Source of the DNA: Laetmonice hystrix
Taxonomy: Eukaryota
NCBI GenBank assembly: GCA_965235115.1
Contig: OZ249437.1
Location: 10,726,001-10,790,000, forward strand
Reading direction: 5' to 3'
DNA length: 64,000 nucleotides
Each line of letters begins with the position of its first letter. The first letter of the stretch is position 1. A model generated the notes under the pieces. That model worked only from the letters and a program-made list of their open reading frames with translations, searched no databases and was not told the DNA's origin. A program made the position numbers and the translations under genes. This document shows, in pieces, positions 62,858 through 64,000 of this stretch.

Positions 62858-64000
62858 CCCAGAGCCCAGAACACGGAGTCCGCCTCGGAGTCCGACGCTC
62901 AGAGTCCGACGCTCGGAGTCTGACGCCCAGAGCCCGAAGCTTAGAACCGGCGAGTACCTGTATAGTCTGCCCAGCATCTTAAATACAGGGATGTTGCTGC
63001 TATATTATTGCTGAATATTGACATTTGATCATTCTCCCACATCATCCTGACTACCATTTTAACTGTTGTTGTACATAGATCTATGTTTAACTAGCCAATG
63101 TTCGGATGGTTACAAAATAATATAGTAACCTCAGTGTTCTTTGTAGTATAGCACCCGGAAATCATTACTTCTATTATCATTTATTATAAAAATATCATTA
63201 ATATCATTATCATAACTTTGTTCACATAATGTCAAGTTGCCACATCCGTTCTTATGACATTATGGCTGTTATGATATTTCATATCAAAGTTTACCCCAAA
63301 AATGTGGTTTAATGCATTATTCATAACTAGTCCACTATACTGCAATTTCATCATCGATTGGCTGTTATTATTGTAGCCACGTGCAGCATTGTATTCATTA
63401 AAACTTTTTATACCCTTGAATATTGTAAGCAAAGTTAGGATACTATTCCCTTCACCCCCCCCCCCCCCCGCCCCCAGCCCAATTGTCAGTTGGAGGGTGG
63501 AGGGTGGTTGTGGGGTGGGGGGTGTGACGACAGGCCGGGTGTTGGGATGATTGGGATGAACCGTCACGCTATCTCTGCTGTACTTCTGCTCCTCCCCTAT
63601 CGTTTAATTAGACTCACCGCCACTATAACCAACAACCCAGTCCAACCACGGCCACCACCCACCACCTACCCGCCAAAACAACACCCGCCCCCTAACTTTA
63701 GCAACTTTTGATTGGTGCAACGCTTTAACACTGGGCCTGCCCTCTCGCGTATAACATATAATAGGAGGCCCCGGCGGCGTACTGCGTGTTGTCATATCTT
63801 AGTGGTGAACTCACTTCTCAACAGCCACTGCGAGGCTGTCTAATTAGGACCCACCACCTAGTCCCATATTCGGCGCCATTTCAGTGTCCCATTTAATTGC
63901 CAAACTGAAGATCTTATCGCTGGCATTGCGACCATTGAGGGCATAATTTCGCTGTAGTGTCATTTCACGACGTCACTGCCGAGGAAGGACCACCTAGATA

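Larger units (their letters stand above)
62085..62940. repeat. (GAGCCC/CAGCCC)n hexamer array and derived 14-bp (GAGTCCGACGCTCR) units, split by the SINE at 62359-62857
   Basis: Same AGCCC-based repeat on both sides of the SINE. Confidence 0.85.

Overview
Gene-poor metazoan genomic DNA, most likely a bilaterian invertebrate (inferred from a tRNA-derived SINE with a V/Meta-type core and from strong CTCF-like motifs). I can support no protein-coding gene, intact tRNA/rRNA or CRISPR array. Nearly all long ORFs in the track are read-throughs of tandem repeats or N blocks. The window holds about a dozen micro/minisatellites, four N blocks, two copies of one young SINE family (one full-length with TSD, one 5'-truncated and interrupted), a 262-bp LINE-tail insertion that also carries an antisense SGNH-esterase-like fragment, two decayed LINE reverse-transcriptase fossils, an ~210-bp foldback element, and candidate regulatory signals (CTCF-like sites, a phased CRE cluster, a CCAAT-rich promoter-like patch). 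The most unusual structure is the three-layer nest at 62.1-62.9 kb (satellite > SINE > inverted-esterase/LINE-tail chimera). All counts and alignments were done by eye and need computational confirmation.
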